64,000 nt of DNA, taken from NCBI GenBank assembly GCA_035627695.1, contig DASPLE010000058.1, forward strand, positions 43,423 to 107,422, given 5' to 3'. Within the stretch, counting starts at the first letter, position 1. Each line of letters begins with the position of its first letter. The notes beneath the pieces were generated by a model. It was not told the origin of the DNA. It saw nothing but the letters and a program-made list of their open reading frames with translations, and did no database searches. Of this stretch, positions 40,903-51,018 are shown piece after piece. The position numbers and the translations under genes were made by a program. The stretch is from Planctomycetota bacterium (GTDB taxonomy: Bacteria; Planctomycetota; UBA11346).

Positions 40903-41765
40903 CGGCGCAGGATCGCGCGCGCCCAGGCGAGCGACTCGGCGACGTCGCAGCCGTGCTCGATCATGCCCATCAGGTGCGGCAGGTAGAGGATCTCGCAGCG
41001 CTCGCGCCAGCCGGGGTCGAGCGGGTGGCTCTCGCGGTAGGCGTCCCAGAAGCGCTCGTCGAAGCCGCCGAACATGCGCGCGTTGTGCAGGTCCTCCTCG
41101 GGCCAGCCGAAATGCGGCGACGGGTCGACCACCGCCGGCCCGCCGGCCCGGTCCGACAGCAGGTTCCCGTACCACAGGTCGCCGTGCAGCAGCGCCGGAC
41201 GCTGGCGCGGCATGAGCTCGGCGAAGCGCGCGCAGAGGCGTTCGAGATCCCGGCGGTCGTCGCGCCCGAACAGCGCGGCGCAGCGCGGGCGCCCGAGCCA
41301 CGGCAGGAAACGCGTCTCGGCGTAGAACGCGCACCCGTCGTCGCGCCAGCGGTTGTCCATGCGGAACCGCCCGTAGTGGTTGTCCGCGTCCCATCCGAAG
41401 CGCGTGCCGAGCCGCCCATGCAGGCGCGCCCACGCGCGTCCGAGCCGTTCGCTGAAATCGTCCGCGCGCGCATCGCCGGGCCCGAGATCCTCGAGCACCA
41501 GGCACTCGTGATCGCAGGCGAGGACCCGCGGGACGCGCCAGCCGTCGCCCAAGGCGATCGCGTCCAGGCCGCGCGCCTCCAGCTGGAAGAAATCGTTGGC
41601 GCAGCCGCGGTCCTGCTTCACGACCAGGCTCGCGCCCGAGGCGGTCGTCAGCCGGCGCGTGGCGCAGATGATGCCGCCCGACAACGCCTCGGCGGCGACC
41701 ACCGGGCCGAGCGCGTGATCGAGGCAATGGCTGGCGACCAGCGGCGGGATGGCGAGCGCGCTCAC
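40893..41765 (-). CDS. fructosamine/ketosamine-3-kinase family protein (GTG start overlapping upstream TGA)
   Basis: phosphotransferase motifs LLHGDLWYGN, DPSPHFGWPEEDL; N-terminal ...VKQDRGCANDFFQLEARGL typical of family. Confidence 0.65.
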   Translation of the reverse strand: MSALAIPPLVASHCLDHALGPVVAAEALSGGIICATRRLTTASGASLVVKQDRGCANDFFQLEARGLDAIALGDGWRVPRVLACDHECLVLEDLGPGDARADDFSERLGRAWARLHGRLGTRFGWDADNHYGRFRMDNRWRDDGCAFYAETRFLPWLGRPRCAALFGRDDRRDLERLCARFAELMPRQRPALLHGDLWYGNLLSDRAGGPAVVDPSPHFGWPEEDLHNARMFGGFDERFWDAYRESHPLDPGWRERCEILYLPHLMGMIEHGCDVAESLAWARAILRRYA

Positions 41766-42061
41766 CCGACCGACGGATCCCACGAACGCAGCCGTCGATC
41801 GAGGACGAACGGCCCGAACGGCACGATCGCGGCGGCGATCAGCGCCAGCGGCCGCGTCGCCGGCCAACGCCGCCGCGCGGCGACGACCACCGCCGCCAGG
41901 CAGAAGGCGACGAACAGCGCGCCGTGCACCGAGCCGACGATGCGCACCGCGAGCGGCATGCCCCACGCGTACTTGAGCGGCATGGCGACGCCGAACAGCA
42001 GCAGCGTCGACGTGCCTTCGATCAGCCCGAGCAGCCGCAGGCGTCTCATTCCCGGAGTCAT
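41762..42061 (-). CDS. DUF3817-type small integral membrane protein
   Basis: LRLLGLIEGTSTLLLFGVAMPLKY...VGSVHGALFVAF pattern; ATGA overlap with upstream gene. Confidence 0.55.
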   Translation of the reverse strand: MTPGMRRLRLLGLIEGTSTLLLFGVAMPLKYAWGMPLAVRIVGSVHGALFVAFCLAAVVVAARRRWPATRPLALIAAAIVPFGPFVLDRRLRSWDPSVG

Positions 42062-43257
42062 GCCTTCCTCGCCTTCCAGATCGCGAACGCCGCGCGGTTG
42101 TCCTGCGCCAGGTCCCACGGCAGCGCCGACAGCGCCTCGCCGCGCCGCCGCGCATCCGCCGCGATCGCCTCGGCGCGCGCCGGCACGTCGACGCCGCACA
42201 GCGCGAGTCCGCGCGCGTGGAAGCGGGCGATCAGCGTCGCGCACAGGCGCGCCAGCGCCGGCAGCTCATCGGCCGCGATGGCGGCGGGGTCGAGCGCCGT
42301 GCGCGCATGGCAGCGCGTGCGCGCGAGCAGCGGCCATGCGGCGCCGGGCAGCACGACCTGGCACGGATCGCCGCCCAGCGCCACGGTGACGGCGATGCCG
42401 CGCCGCGGCAGCCGGTGATCGGGCAGGGCCGGGACGACGCGCGCCAGCTCGCTCGGCCGGCGCTCCTTGATCTCGATGGTGCGCACCGCGCCGGCGTCCG
42501 GGCCGACCGCCAGCGCCAGCCAGCGCCGCAGGCCCAGCGAGCCGACGCCGCTCGCCTCGCGCCGGCACAGATCGATCACCCGGGCGGCGTGCGAGTCCGC
42601 GAGCGCGGCGGCGAGGACCGGCGCCAGCGTGCGCTTGGCCTCGGCGTCGTCGCTCAGCCCGTCGCGCCGGCGCAGGCGGCCGCGGGCGATGGTCTCCTTC
42701 AGCCACGACCGGCGTCGAGCGGGATCGCCATCGCGCTCCATCAGCGCGACGACGCTCGGCGGCAGGTCCTGGACGAAGACCCGCGCGCCGTGCTCGAGAT
42801 CGTCCTCGGCGGCGCGCGCCATGACCTCGGCGTAGCGCGCGAACGTCAGCCGGGCGAGCCCGCGCAGCGCGGCGCGGTCCATCCGCGGACGCGCCACCGC
42901 CAGCGATGCGCAGAAGCGCAGCAGGTCCCACGCCCACGGCGCGGGATGCTCCTCGTCGCCGTCGGCGACGTCGAAGACCACGCGCGGACCGTCGCCGCCG
43001 CGCTCGACGCCGCTGGCCACGGTCGCGAAGTTCGCGAGATGCGCGTCGCCGACCGCCCAGGCCCACGGGCCATCGGCGCCGGCGCGCGCGGCCAGCGCGG
43101 GCAGCTGCAGGGCGAGCGTCGCGCGGTAGAAGGCGAACGGCGAGCCGCGCATGCGCGCGCGCTTGGCCTTGGCGGCGGCGGGATCGACCGCCACCAGCAC
43201 GGCCTGCGCCGGCGCCAGCAGGGAATCGACGAGCGCGGCGGCGCGACGCTGGGCCAT
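42058..43257 (-). CDS. DUF2252-family protein
   Basis: signature SPFAFYRAT...GDAHLANF. Confidence 0.6.
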   Translation of the reverse strand: MAQRRAAALVDSLLAPAQAVLVAVDPAAAKAKRARMRGSPFAFYRATLALQLPALAARAGADGPWAWAVGDAHLANFATVASGVERGGDGPRVVFDVADGDEEHPAPWAWDLLRFCASLAVARPRMDRAALRGLARLTFARYAEVMARAAEDDLEHGARVFVQDLPPSVVALMERDGDPARRRSWLKETIARGRLRRRDGLSDDAEAKRTLAPVLAAALADSHAARVIDLCRREASGVGSLGLRRWLALAVGPDAGAVRTIEIKERRPSELARVVPALPDHRLPRRGIAVTVALGGDPCQVVLPGAAWPLLARTRCHARTALDPAAIAADELPALARLCATLIARFHARGLALCGVDVPARAEAIAADARRRGEALSALPWDLAQDNRAAFAIWKARKA

Positions 43258-43327
43258 GCGCCGATGCTGCGGCTGATGTGGACCACCGCATCGGTTTTCG
43301 GCCGGTGCGATCGCCGGCCAGCCGGGC

Positions 43328-44834
43328 TCAGCGCGCGCCGGGCGCGCGCGGGCCCTCCTCGGGACCGGTGGTGACGATCATCTCCAGATCGGCGCCGGTG
43401 AAGCGGTGCAGGCCGAAGAGATCGTCGACGTCGACGCGCTTGTCGATCGCCACCGGCATGTCCCAGTCGCGGCCGTTGTCGGCGACGATCATGCCGTAGG
43501 TCTTCATCGCCGTGGCCATCGCCGTCGCCTGCGGACCCAGCCCGGTGAGGTCGGCGGACGCCTTGAGGCGGAAGCGCTGACCCATCGCCGGCCAATGCGG
43601 ATGGTGGTTCAGCGAGGCGTGGTGCGACGCCGGATAGATGTACTCCTTGCGCGTCGCGGCGACGGTCATGCGGATGGCGTGCTCGACCTTGCCGCGGGCG
43701 AGCTCGTCGTACCGCACGACGCCCGGGAAGATCGGCAGCCCGGCGGCGTCGGCGCTGGTCCACTCCAGCGGACGCTGGCGGTTGGAGGTCAGGTCCCAGT
43801 TCGCGGCGCAGGTGGCCTGCCAGCCGGTGTCGGTGCGCCGCACGTAGAAGAACTCGTGAAGCATCATGTTCACGGGATCGACCAGCACGACATGGCGGTC
43901 GCCTTCACCGATGCGCTGCACGTGGTCGAGCGTCTGCGGCTCCTCCCACCACGCCGGCCACCCCTGGATCGGAGCCGCGTCGGGGAACGGCCACGGGCCG
44001 GGATCGGATTCGCTGGTCAACGAGATCCGCACGTCGACCTTCGGCTGATTGGGCGGGACGATGATGAAGTTGTGCCCGAAGTCGACGTGCACCTTGGTCG
44101 CGGCGCCGACCTTGGCGATGATCGCATCCGAATCCGGATGCACCGGCCGGACGCTGATGTCCTCGTTCCAGGGGTTGTCCTTGGGGAAGATCTGCAGCGC
44201 CGCGAGGATCGCGTCCGACTCGGGAGTGCCGAAGCTGATCGGGACGTCGAACTCGGGCAGGGGCGGCAGCACGCGCCCCGCGTGGTTGACGCGTTCCAGC
44301 GCCTTGCGCTTCTTCTCGGCGGTGCGCTCGGCCGCGTCCTTCTTCTTCTGGTCGCGCGCGGCCCGGGCCGCCGCCTGCCGCTCGGCGCGGCTGGGTGGAG
44401 GCGTCAGCCCGTGCGCGCGGCAGAGGTCGGCGAAACGCCCCTCGATGTCGCCGGCGAGGCGGGTCGCCGCGTCGAGCATGGCGATGGCGCGGACCTGGTC
44501 GCCGGCGTGCAGCACGAGCGCCGCCCCGACCAGCGCGGCGTCGACGTCCTCGGCGCCGCGCTCGCCCGCGGCGCGCAGCACCTCGGCCAGCTGCGCGTCG
44601 TCGACGCGCGCGAGCGGCGAGCTCATCTCCGAACGATCGAGCCGCGTGACCAGCGCGCCGCCGGCGCGGTCCAGGCGCACGACCTCGACGGTCGCCACGC
44701 CCGCCCACGAGACGCCGGCGATCTCGCGACGCGCCAGCGCGGCGTCGATCGCGTCGAGCGCGGCCGCGCGCAGCGATTCGCTGGCGGAGAGGAGCGGACC
44801 GATCAGGCAGAGCGCGACGACGAGAGGGAGGGGC
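43328..44834 (-). CDS. secreted hypothetical protein (502 aa) with Lys/Ala-rich linker
   Basis: signal peptide MMPLPLVVALCLIGPLLSA; conserved-looking C-terminal half (HVDFGHNFIIVPP..., MIVADNGRDW) without assignable family. Confidence 0.5.
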
Positions 44835-45098
44835 ATCATCGGCAAACGCTCGCCGTCGGCCGGGGTTGATCCATGCCCGCATCCGTTCCGGACAGTTCGG
44901 CCGACCGGACGCGGATGGCGCCTTACCGGAGCCGCGCCGCGCACCGCACGTTGACGTCAGCGACTTCGGGAATAGAGACACGGACCCCCGCGGGCGGACC
45001 GTGCGCGCTGGGCCGCTGTCGCCGCTTGCGTCACGCCGCTGCCGCGCCGGCCGCTCCTTCGCCCCCCTGCCCGTCTGCTCCATCCGAGGAACCCGCCG

Positions 45099-45386
45099 AT
45101 GTCATCCGTCCAAGGTTTCGTCGTCAGCGCGACGCCGACGAAGAATCCGCTCGCGCTCAACATGCTGCCGACCCCGGCCTACGTGCAGCTCTGGGACGCG
45201 AGCAACACCGTGCGCGTCCGCCAGCGCGCCAACGGCGTGCTGGTCAACCGCTTCTGGTTCGCCGGCGTGTTCACCGGGTCGTACTGGGTGCGCTGCTACT
45301 ACGATCCGGCCGCCCCCGCGCTGTTCGCGTCGGCGCCGGTGAACGTCCAGTTCAGCGATCCCGTCATCACCCTCAACATCCCGTGA
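45099..45386 (+). CDS. small hypothetical protein (95 aa), first gene of 3-gene operon
   Basis: ATG with GAGGA SD 8 nt upstream. Confidence 0.4.
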   Translation: MSSVQGFVVSATPTKNPLALNMLPTPAYVQLWDASNTVRVRQRANGVLVNRFWFAGVFTGSYWVRCYYDPAAPALFASAPVNVQFSDPVITLNIP

Positions 45387-45403
45387 AGGCCGAGGACACC
45401 GCC

Positions 45404-45730
45404 ATGCCCAGTCCACGCCGCATGCTCGTCGGCGAGATCACCGTCACCGGCGCCAAGGTGCATTGGAGCGAGATCGAGATCAGCCCGGCGCTGCTCCACG
45501 CGATGGTCGTCGAGGAGGAGGGCACGCTGACCTACTGGATCCCGGAGCTGCCGCCGCTCCCGGTCACGCTCAGCTTCCAGGCCGCGGGCGGCAAGCCGAC
45601 CACCGTGGTCATCACGGACGCGACACCGGCGGCCTCGGCGCGGAAGGGCGCGAAGCGCGGACGATCGGCGAAGGACGGCGAGGCCGCCGTCCGCCGCGAC
45701 GTCACCGTGACGACGGCGTCCGCGCGCTGA
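45404..45730 (+). CDS. small hypothetical protein (108 aa)
   Basis: ATG with GAAGG/GAGGA SD; stop overlaps next start (TGATG). Confidence 0.4.
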   Translation: MPSPRRMLVGEITVTGAKVHWSEIEISPALLHAMVVEEEGTLTYWIPELPPLPVTLSFQAAGGKPTTVVITDATPAASARKGAKRGRSAKDGEAAVRRDVTVTTASAR

Positions 45731-47022
45731 TGACGTCGCGACGTCCGATCCTGCTGCTGGTCGCCGTCGCTCCGGCGCTCGCCGCGGTCGACGCCTCCGG
45801 GGCGTTGAGCCTCGGTTCCGGGGTCCGCGCCAGCGGGCTCGGCGCGTTCGCGGCGATCGACGACGACGTCACCGCGCTGTCCTGGAATCCCGCCGGCGCG
45901 ATCCAGCTCGAGACGCCCGAGGCCGCCGTGGCGCTGGGCGCGTACGACCGCCGTTCCAGCATCGCCGGCGGCGAGGACCAGCACGTCCGCGGCCTGCGCG
46001 TCGACCACGCCGCGCTCGCCGTGCCCTTCCACGCCTTCGGCTGCCAGCAGACCGTGGGCGTGATCTGGCAGCGTCAGCTCGATTTCATGCGCGCGATCGA
46101 CTACCGGTACGCCGCCGCCGATTCGGAGTTCGACATCGAGGTCGACCAGGACGGCTCGTACGCGTCGCTCGGCCTCGGCTACGGCATCGAGGTGGTTCCG
46201 GGTCTGGGCCTGGGGATCACCGCCAACCTCTGGTCCGACGACTGGACCGGGGACAGCCGCTACGAGCAGCGCATCGCCGAGGACGAGCTCAACACGCTGT
46301 TCGCGGCGCGGGTCGTCACCACGCGTACGCGCGAGGTGCGCGTCGAGCACGGCGCGAACGCCGTCATCGGGTCGTGGTGGCGGGCGACGACGTCGCTGGC
46401 GTTCGCCGGGGTGTTCCGCCCGGGGTTCACCCTCGACCAGGAGATCGACGACCACCTGCGCCAGAGCGACGACTTCGGCCCGACGCCGGACGACGGCACC
46501 CGCTCCTCGTCCAGCGTCGAGACGCGCTACCCCGGCAGCGGCACGCTCGGCGTCGCCTGGATCATCGACGATCACGACACGATCGCCGCCGACGCGACGC
46601 TGACGCGGTGGAGCCAGTACCGCACGGTGGCCGGCGGCGCGACGCGCAGCGCGGTCAACACCAACATCGACCCGTCCGAGTTCGATGCCGGCTGGGATAT
46701 CCGCCTGGGCTACGAGCGCGTGCTGATCTTCGAGCGCGCCGTGCTGGTCGCGCGCATCGGCGCGCTCTACCAGGAGCTGCCGGCCGCCGAGCCGGTGCCG
46801 CTGGACACCGTCGATCCCGCCGCCTTCAGCGCCACGCACGACCGCTTCTGGGGCGGCTCGCTCGGGTTGAGCTGGGTCACGCGGCGCATGACCTGGGACC
46901 TCGCCGCGCAGGCGCGCCACGGCGACGACGTCGGCGCCGGCCAGGACGCGCCCGCCGACCGCCAGGCCGACGTGCTGCTGATCACCGCCCAGGCGGGCGT
47001 CACGGTCTTCCTCGGCGAGTGA
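45730..47022 (+). CDS. outer-membrane beta-barrel protein, FadL/TodX-like
   Basis: signal peptide; LGSGVRASGLGAFAAIDDDVTALSWNPAGA N-terminal motif; 430 aa like FadL. Confidence 0.55.
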   Translation: MTSRRPILLLVAVAPALAAVDASGALSLGSGVRASGLGAFAAIDDDVTALSWNPAGAIQLETPEAAVALGAYDRRSSIAGGEDQHVRGLRVDHAALAVPFHAFGCQQTVGVIWQRQLDFMRAIDYRYAAADSEFDIEVDQDGSYASLGLGYGIEVVPGLGLGITANLWSDDWTGDSRYEQRIAEDELNTLFAARVVTTRTREVRVEHGANAVIGSWWRATTSLAFAGVFRPGFTLDQEIDDHLRQSDDFGPTPDDGTRSSSSVETRYPGSGTLGVAWIIDDHDTIAADATLTRWSQYRTVAGGATRSAVNTNIDPSEFDAGWDIRLGYERVLIFERAVLVARIGALYQELPAAEPVPLDTVDPAAFSATHDRFWGGSLGLSWVTRRMTWDLAAQARHGDDVGAGQDAPADRQADVLLITAQAGVTVFLGE

Positions 47023-47036
47023 TCGCGTCGCCGCGC

Positions 47037-47567
47037 TCAGCGCAGGCGTCTGAACAAGCCCGGATAATCGACGACCAAGCCGTCGCGATCGACGCGCAGC
47101 GACCGTTGGAAGCGGCCACGCGACGCGGTGAAGCGGTAGCGGTCGCCGGCGAGCCGACGGTAGGTCTGGACGGCGGTCGCGACCGTGAGCGACGGCACCG
47201 CGACCAGCGCCACGCGGATGTCGCACGAAGCGCCGACCGCGAGGCGCAGCCGACGGATGGGCAGCGCGTTGGTCAGCGGCGTGCAGCTCAGATCGGCGTC
47301 GCGGCAACCATCGAGCGCGCGGACCCGACGGCCATCGATGCGCCAACGGCCGCGGCCGTCGTGGCGCAGCCGCACGCCGCGCCCGCCCAGCACCGCGACG
47401 TCGAGCGCGCGCGTGGTGCCTGCCCGGTCGCAGCGCAGGCGATACGTGACCGCCCAGCGCCGCCCGACGACCAGCGCGTCGGCGATGAACGCCGGCGAGG
47501 TGCGCAGCGCCACGCGTTCGATGCCCGGCCCGCGTGCGGGTCGCCACGCGACCTGGCGCTGCGTCAC
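47037..47567 (-). CDS. putative glycolipid-binding domain protein (DUF2248)
   Basis: DCDLSCTPLTNALPIRR, VPSLTV, C-terminal DYPGLFRRL match family hallmarks. Confidence 0.65.
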   Translation of the reverse strand: MTQRQVAWRPARGPGIERVALRTSPAFIADALVVGRRWAVTYRLRCDRAGTTRALDVAVLGGRGVRLRHDGRGRWRIDGRRVRALDGCRDADLSCTPLTNALPIRRLRLAVGASCDIRVALVAVPSLTVATAVQTYRRLAGDRYRFTASRGRFQRSLRVDRDGLVVDYPGLFRRLR

Positions 47568-48001
47568 GGCCCGGACATCGCGGCGATGCGGCGCTCGAGC
47601 TCATCGGGGGCGACGTCCTCGATGTTGGTCGCCACGCACCAGTCGTTGCCGAAGCGGTCGCGGACGATGCCGCTCCGGTCGCCGTAGAACTGGTCCATCG
47701 GCTCGCGTACGCTGGTCGCGCCCGCGGCCAGCGCGGCGCGGTAGGCGTCGTCGGCGCGCTCGACGTAGAGGTTCAACATGGTCCGCGTCGCGGGATGCTC
47801 GGCACCGGCCCGGCCCATCATCACGACCGAGTCGCCGATCCGGACCTCGGCGTGCTGGATGACCCCATCCGGACCGCGCAACGGCGGGGCGAAGACGATC
47901 GCGCCGAAGGCGCGGACCAGGAAGTCGATCTGGCCCTGCACGTCGGGAACGACCAGGTAGGGCGTGATGGTATGGTAGCCGGGCGGCGTGAACGGGCGCA
48001 T
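47564..48001 (-). CDS. VOC/PhnB-like (glyoxalase/bleomycin-resistance fold) protein
   Basis: ITPYLVVPDVQGQIDFLVRAFGA PhnB-like N-terminus; ATGA overlap with downstream gene. Confidence 0.6.
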   Translation of the reverse strand: MRPFTPPGYHTITPYLVVPDVQGQIDFLVRAFGAIVFAPPLRGPDGVIQHAEVRIGDSVVMMGRAGAEHPATRTMLNLYVERADDAYRAALAAGATSVREPMDQFYGDRSGIVRDRFGNDWCVATNIEDVAPDELERRIAAMSGP

Positions 48002-48079
48002 GGCGCGATCTCCATCGCGCACGGTGTCGCCGAGGCCGTAGCGGCAACGCAATTCCCCGCCGTCCGCCACCGCCTACGA

Positions 48080-48460
48080 ATGGGCATGGCCGCGTGGGAC
48101 GAGCTCGGCGGCGACGCGGTGATGGAGCCGCTGCTCGCCGATTTCTACGCGCGCATCGCCGCCAGCCCGATCGCGCGGCTGTTCCCGCCCGATCTCGACG
48201 AGACGCGGCGCAAGCAGTTCGCCTTCCAGAGCGAGTTCTGGGGCGGCCCGGCGCGCTACTCGCCGTGGCGCGGCCATCCGCGGCTGCGCGCCCGCCACCT
48301 GCCGTTCCCGATCGGCATGGCCGAGGCCGACACCTGGCTCGCGTGCATGCGCGCCGCGGTCGACGCGAGCGCCATGCCCGACGCGGCGCGCGCGGCGTAC
48401 ATGGATCAGATGCGCAAGACGGCCTACGCGATGATCAACCAGCCGGTCGACGGGTTCTAG
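48080..48460 (+). CDS. truncated (2/2) hemoglobin, group II-like
   Basis: FYARI..SP...LF......QF.FQSEFWGGPARY...HP.L...H..F.I...E.D.WL.CM pattern. Confidence 0.6.
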   Translation: MGMAAWDELGGDAVMEPLLADFYARIAASPIARLFPPDLDETRRKQFAFQSEFWGGPARYSPWRGHPRLRARHLPFPIGMAEADTWLACMRAAVDASAMPDAARAAYMDQMRKTAYAMINQPVDGF

Positions 48461-48481
48461 CGGCCGCTGGACAACAGCGCC

Positions 48482-49837
48482 TCACGTCGCGATGGCGCCA
48501 TCGACGCAGTGGAAGCGCGGTCGCGGCGTGCTGTCGAGCAGGCGCACGCGCGCGACGTCGCGGAAGCGCAGCTCGACGCCGGCGTGGGCGTAGCCGCCGA
48601 CGGCGACGGTCGACACCAGCGGCGCGCGCGCGACGGCGGCGTGCCGTTCGCGCGCCTCCACCAGCGCCGCCTCCCATTCGCCGATCTGGGCGATGAGGCG
48701 CGTGCGCTCGCCCTGCACCGCGCGCAGCGCCGACGCCTCGCCGGGGACCGGGTCGCCGTTGCGTGCGATGGCGTGCGCCAGCAGCTTGGCGCGCTCGCCG
48801 AGCTCGGCGACGTGGTCGCGCGCGAACCGGCAACGCCGGTCGAGCTCGCTGATCAGCGCGTCGGCGAACGGATCGACGCCGACCTCGACCACGGTCGGCA
48901 CCTCCGCGGGCGAACCGAGCGTCGTGCACGCCACCGAGCCGGCGACGGTGATCCGACCCCCGACGATGTCCTTGGCGCGCACGCCGCCGGTGGCGAGCAC
49001 CGTCGCGTGCAGGATCCCCGCCTTGGCCTCGATGTCGCGTCCCTTGACCTCGCGCTCCTCGATGAAGCGCGCGTGCACATCGCCGTGCGCCTTGACGCGG
49101 CGCGCGCCCGGCAGGATGCCGCCGCGCACGTCGAGGTCGCCCTGCGCCGACACGCGCGCGTCCTCGACGGAACCGTGGACGCAGATCGAGTCGGCGCTCT
49201 TGACGGTGAAGCCGGCCTTGATGTCGCCCTTGATGACCACGGCGATGCGCGTGTCGATGTTGCCGCAGCGGAAGTCGACGTCGCCCTCGATGACCAGCGG
49301 CACGACGACCTCCCAGCGCCGGTCGCGCGCGCGGCGCATCACGCCGAGCGCCTCGGACTCGATGACCTCGGGGTCGCCAGCGCGCGGGCGGGTTCCGGCG
49401 CCGTATTCGCGCGCCGCGTCCAGCGGGCGTCCCGCCCGCGGCGGGATCGGGTTGCCGAGCACGTCGAGCCCGGCGGTCCCCGCTCCCGCCGGAGTCACGC
49501 GGGCCAGCGCCTGGCCGGCCTCGACCTCGACGAAGGCCATCAGCTCGTGCAGGTCGACGACGCCATCGGCGCCCGCCTGCGGATGCTCCTGCGGCCTGAC
49601 GAGGTGCTCGATTGTGGCGTCGCGCCCGTGCTCGGGCGGACGGCCGCGCGCGATGACGATGGCGCGATCGACCGGCGCGCTCTCGAGCAGGGCGCCCAGG
49701 CCGTCCTTGTCCAGGCCGGCGCGCAGGCCGTGCCGCTCGATCAGCAGGCGCAGCCCGTCGACGTCGGCGGCATCGCCTGCCGGGATGGTGGCCGTCGCCT
49801 CCATCCGGTCGGGAGCGACGGCGATCGTGATCGCCAT
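48482..49837 (-). CDS. FapA-family (DUF342) protein
   Basis: repetitive VxGxV/DI..KG beta-solenoid segments characteristic of DUF342. Confidence 0.6.
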   Translation of the reverse strand: MAITIAVAPDRMEATATIPAGDAADVDGLRLLIERHGLRAGLDKDGLGALLESAPVDRAIVIARGRPPEHGRDATIEHLVRPQEHPQAGADGVVDLHELMAFVEVEAGQALARVTPAGAGTAGLDVLGNPIPPRAGRPLDAAREYGAGTRPRAGDPEVIESEALGVMRRARDRRWEVVVPLVIEGDVDFRCGNIDTRIAVVIKGDIKAGFTVKSADSICVHGSVEDARVSAQGDLDVRGGILPGARRVKAHGDVHARFIEEREVKGRDIEAKAGILHATVLATGGVRAKDIVGGRITVAGSVACTTLGSPAEVPTVVEVGVDPFADALISELDRRCRFARDHVAELGERAKLLAHAIARNGDPVPGEASALRAVQGERTRLIAQIGEWEAALVEARERHAAVARAPLVSTVAVGGYAHAGVELRFRDVARVRLLDSTPRPRFHCVDGAIAT

Positions 49838-49960
49838 GGGTGAGGATACCCCAGGACCGGCCGATCCTCACGCCTTCCCCGGCCCCCTGGCGAACCCCGA
49901 TGCCACGCCGACCGGCCGCGGCGGCTTCCTGCGCGGGCCCCCGACCGCTACAAGGCGCGC

Positions 49961-51010
49961 ATGCGCAGCGCCATCCTCGCGATCCTCCTCGCCGCGAACC
50001 TGGCCGCCGCCGAGGGAGACGCCGTGGCGCGACGCTTCTGGGTGGGCGGCTACGGCGACGCGATCGCGTGGTGCGTGCTGTATGGCGACGGCCGGATCGA
50101 GCGCCTCGGCGCCATCGCCGGCTGCGCGAACCCGTCCTTCCTCGCGGTCGCGCCGGATGGCGGGCGCCTGTACGCGATCAGCGAGGGCGCCCCGGGGCGG
50201 GTCGTCGCCTTCGCCGTCGACCGCTCGACCGCGGCGCTGACGCGGCTGAACGACGCCACGAGCGGCGGCGCCGGTCCGTGCCACATCGCCGTCGATGCCG
50301 GCGGCGGCTGGATCACCGTCGCCAACTACGGCAGCGGCGGCGCGGCGCTCCTGGCGGCGACGGAGGCGGGCGTCGCCGAACCAGCCGCGGTCGTCGCCAC
50401 GGCGGCCGAGGCGCACATGGCGCTGCCGCATGCCGGTCGGCTGCACGTGCCGGTGAAATCGTCCGACGAGGTCCTCGGCTTCGCCATGCGCGACGGCGCG
50501 CTCGCGGCGGAGCCGCAGGTCGCGCGGTTCGGCGCCGGATCCGGCCCGCGGCACATCGCCTTCCATCCGACGCTCGCCGTCGCGTACGTCATCGGCGAGC
50601 ACGACGACACGATCACGCGCTGCGCCATCGCCGCGGACGGCGCCCTGCAGCCGGGAACGACGAGCACGACGCTGCCCGGCGATGCCGATGCCGCGGCCAA
50701 CTACTGCGCGCACCTCGTCGTCCATCCGTCCGGCCGCTTCCTCTACGCCTCGAACCGCGGGCACGATTCGATCGCGCAGTTCGCGATCGATGACGCCGGC
50801 GCGCTGACGCCGATCGGCCACACCGGTGCCGGCGCGGTGACGTGGCCGCGGCATTTCGCCCTCGACCCGTCCGGACGATGGCTGGTCGTCGCCAACGAAC
50901 GCGCCGGCACCCTCTCGGTCTTCGCCGTCGACGGCGAACGCGGCACGCTGACGGCGGGCGAGCGGTTCGCCTGCGGCGGCAAGCCCGCCTGCGTGGTCTT
51001 CGCGCCCTGA
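49961..51010 (+). CDS. lactonase family beta-propeller protein (6-phosphogluconolactonase/YbhE-like)
   Basis: signal peptide; SGPRHIAFHP, ASNRGHDSIAQF motifs of PF10282. Confidence 0.7.
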   Translation: MRSAILAILLAANLAAAEGDAVARRFWVGGYGDAIAWCVLYGDGRIERLGAIAGCANPSFLAVAPDGGRLYAISEGAPGRVVAFAVDRSTAALTRLNDATSGGAGPCHIAVDAGGGWITVANYGSGGAALLAATEAGVAEPAAVVATAAEAHMALPHAGRLHVPVKSSDEVLGFAMRDGALAAEPQVARFGAGSGPRHIAFHPTLAVAYVIGEHDDTITRCAIAADGALQPGTTSTTLPGDADAAANYCAHLVVHPSGRFLYASNRGHDSIAQFAIDDAGALTPIGHTGAGAVTWPRHFALDPSGRWLVVANERAGTLSVFAVDGERGTLTAGERFACGGKPACVVFAP

Positions 51011-51018
51011 GGCAACCG

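Noticed and set aside
44951-44958. Perfect CRE-like palindrome TGACGTCA in the divergent promoter region 44835..45098
   Set aside because: An 8-bp palindrome is expected about once by chance in 64 kb. It has no supporting half-site repeats or known cognate regulator nearby.
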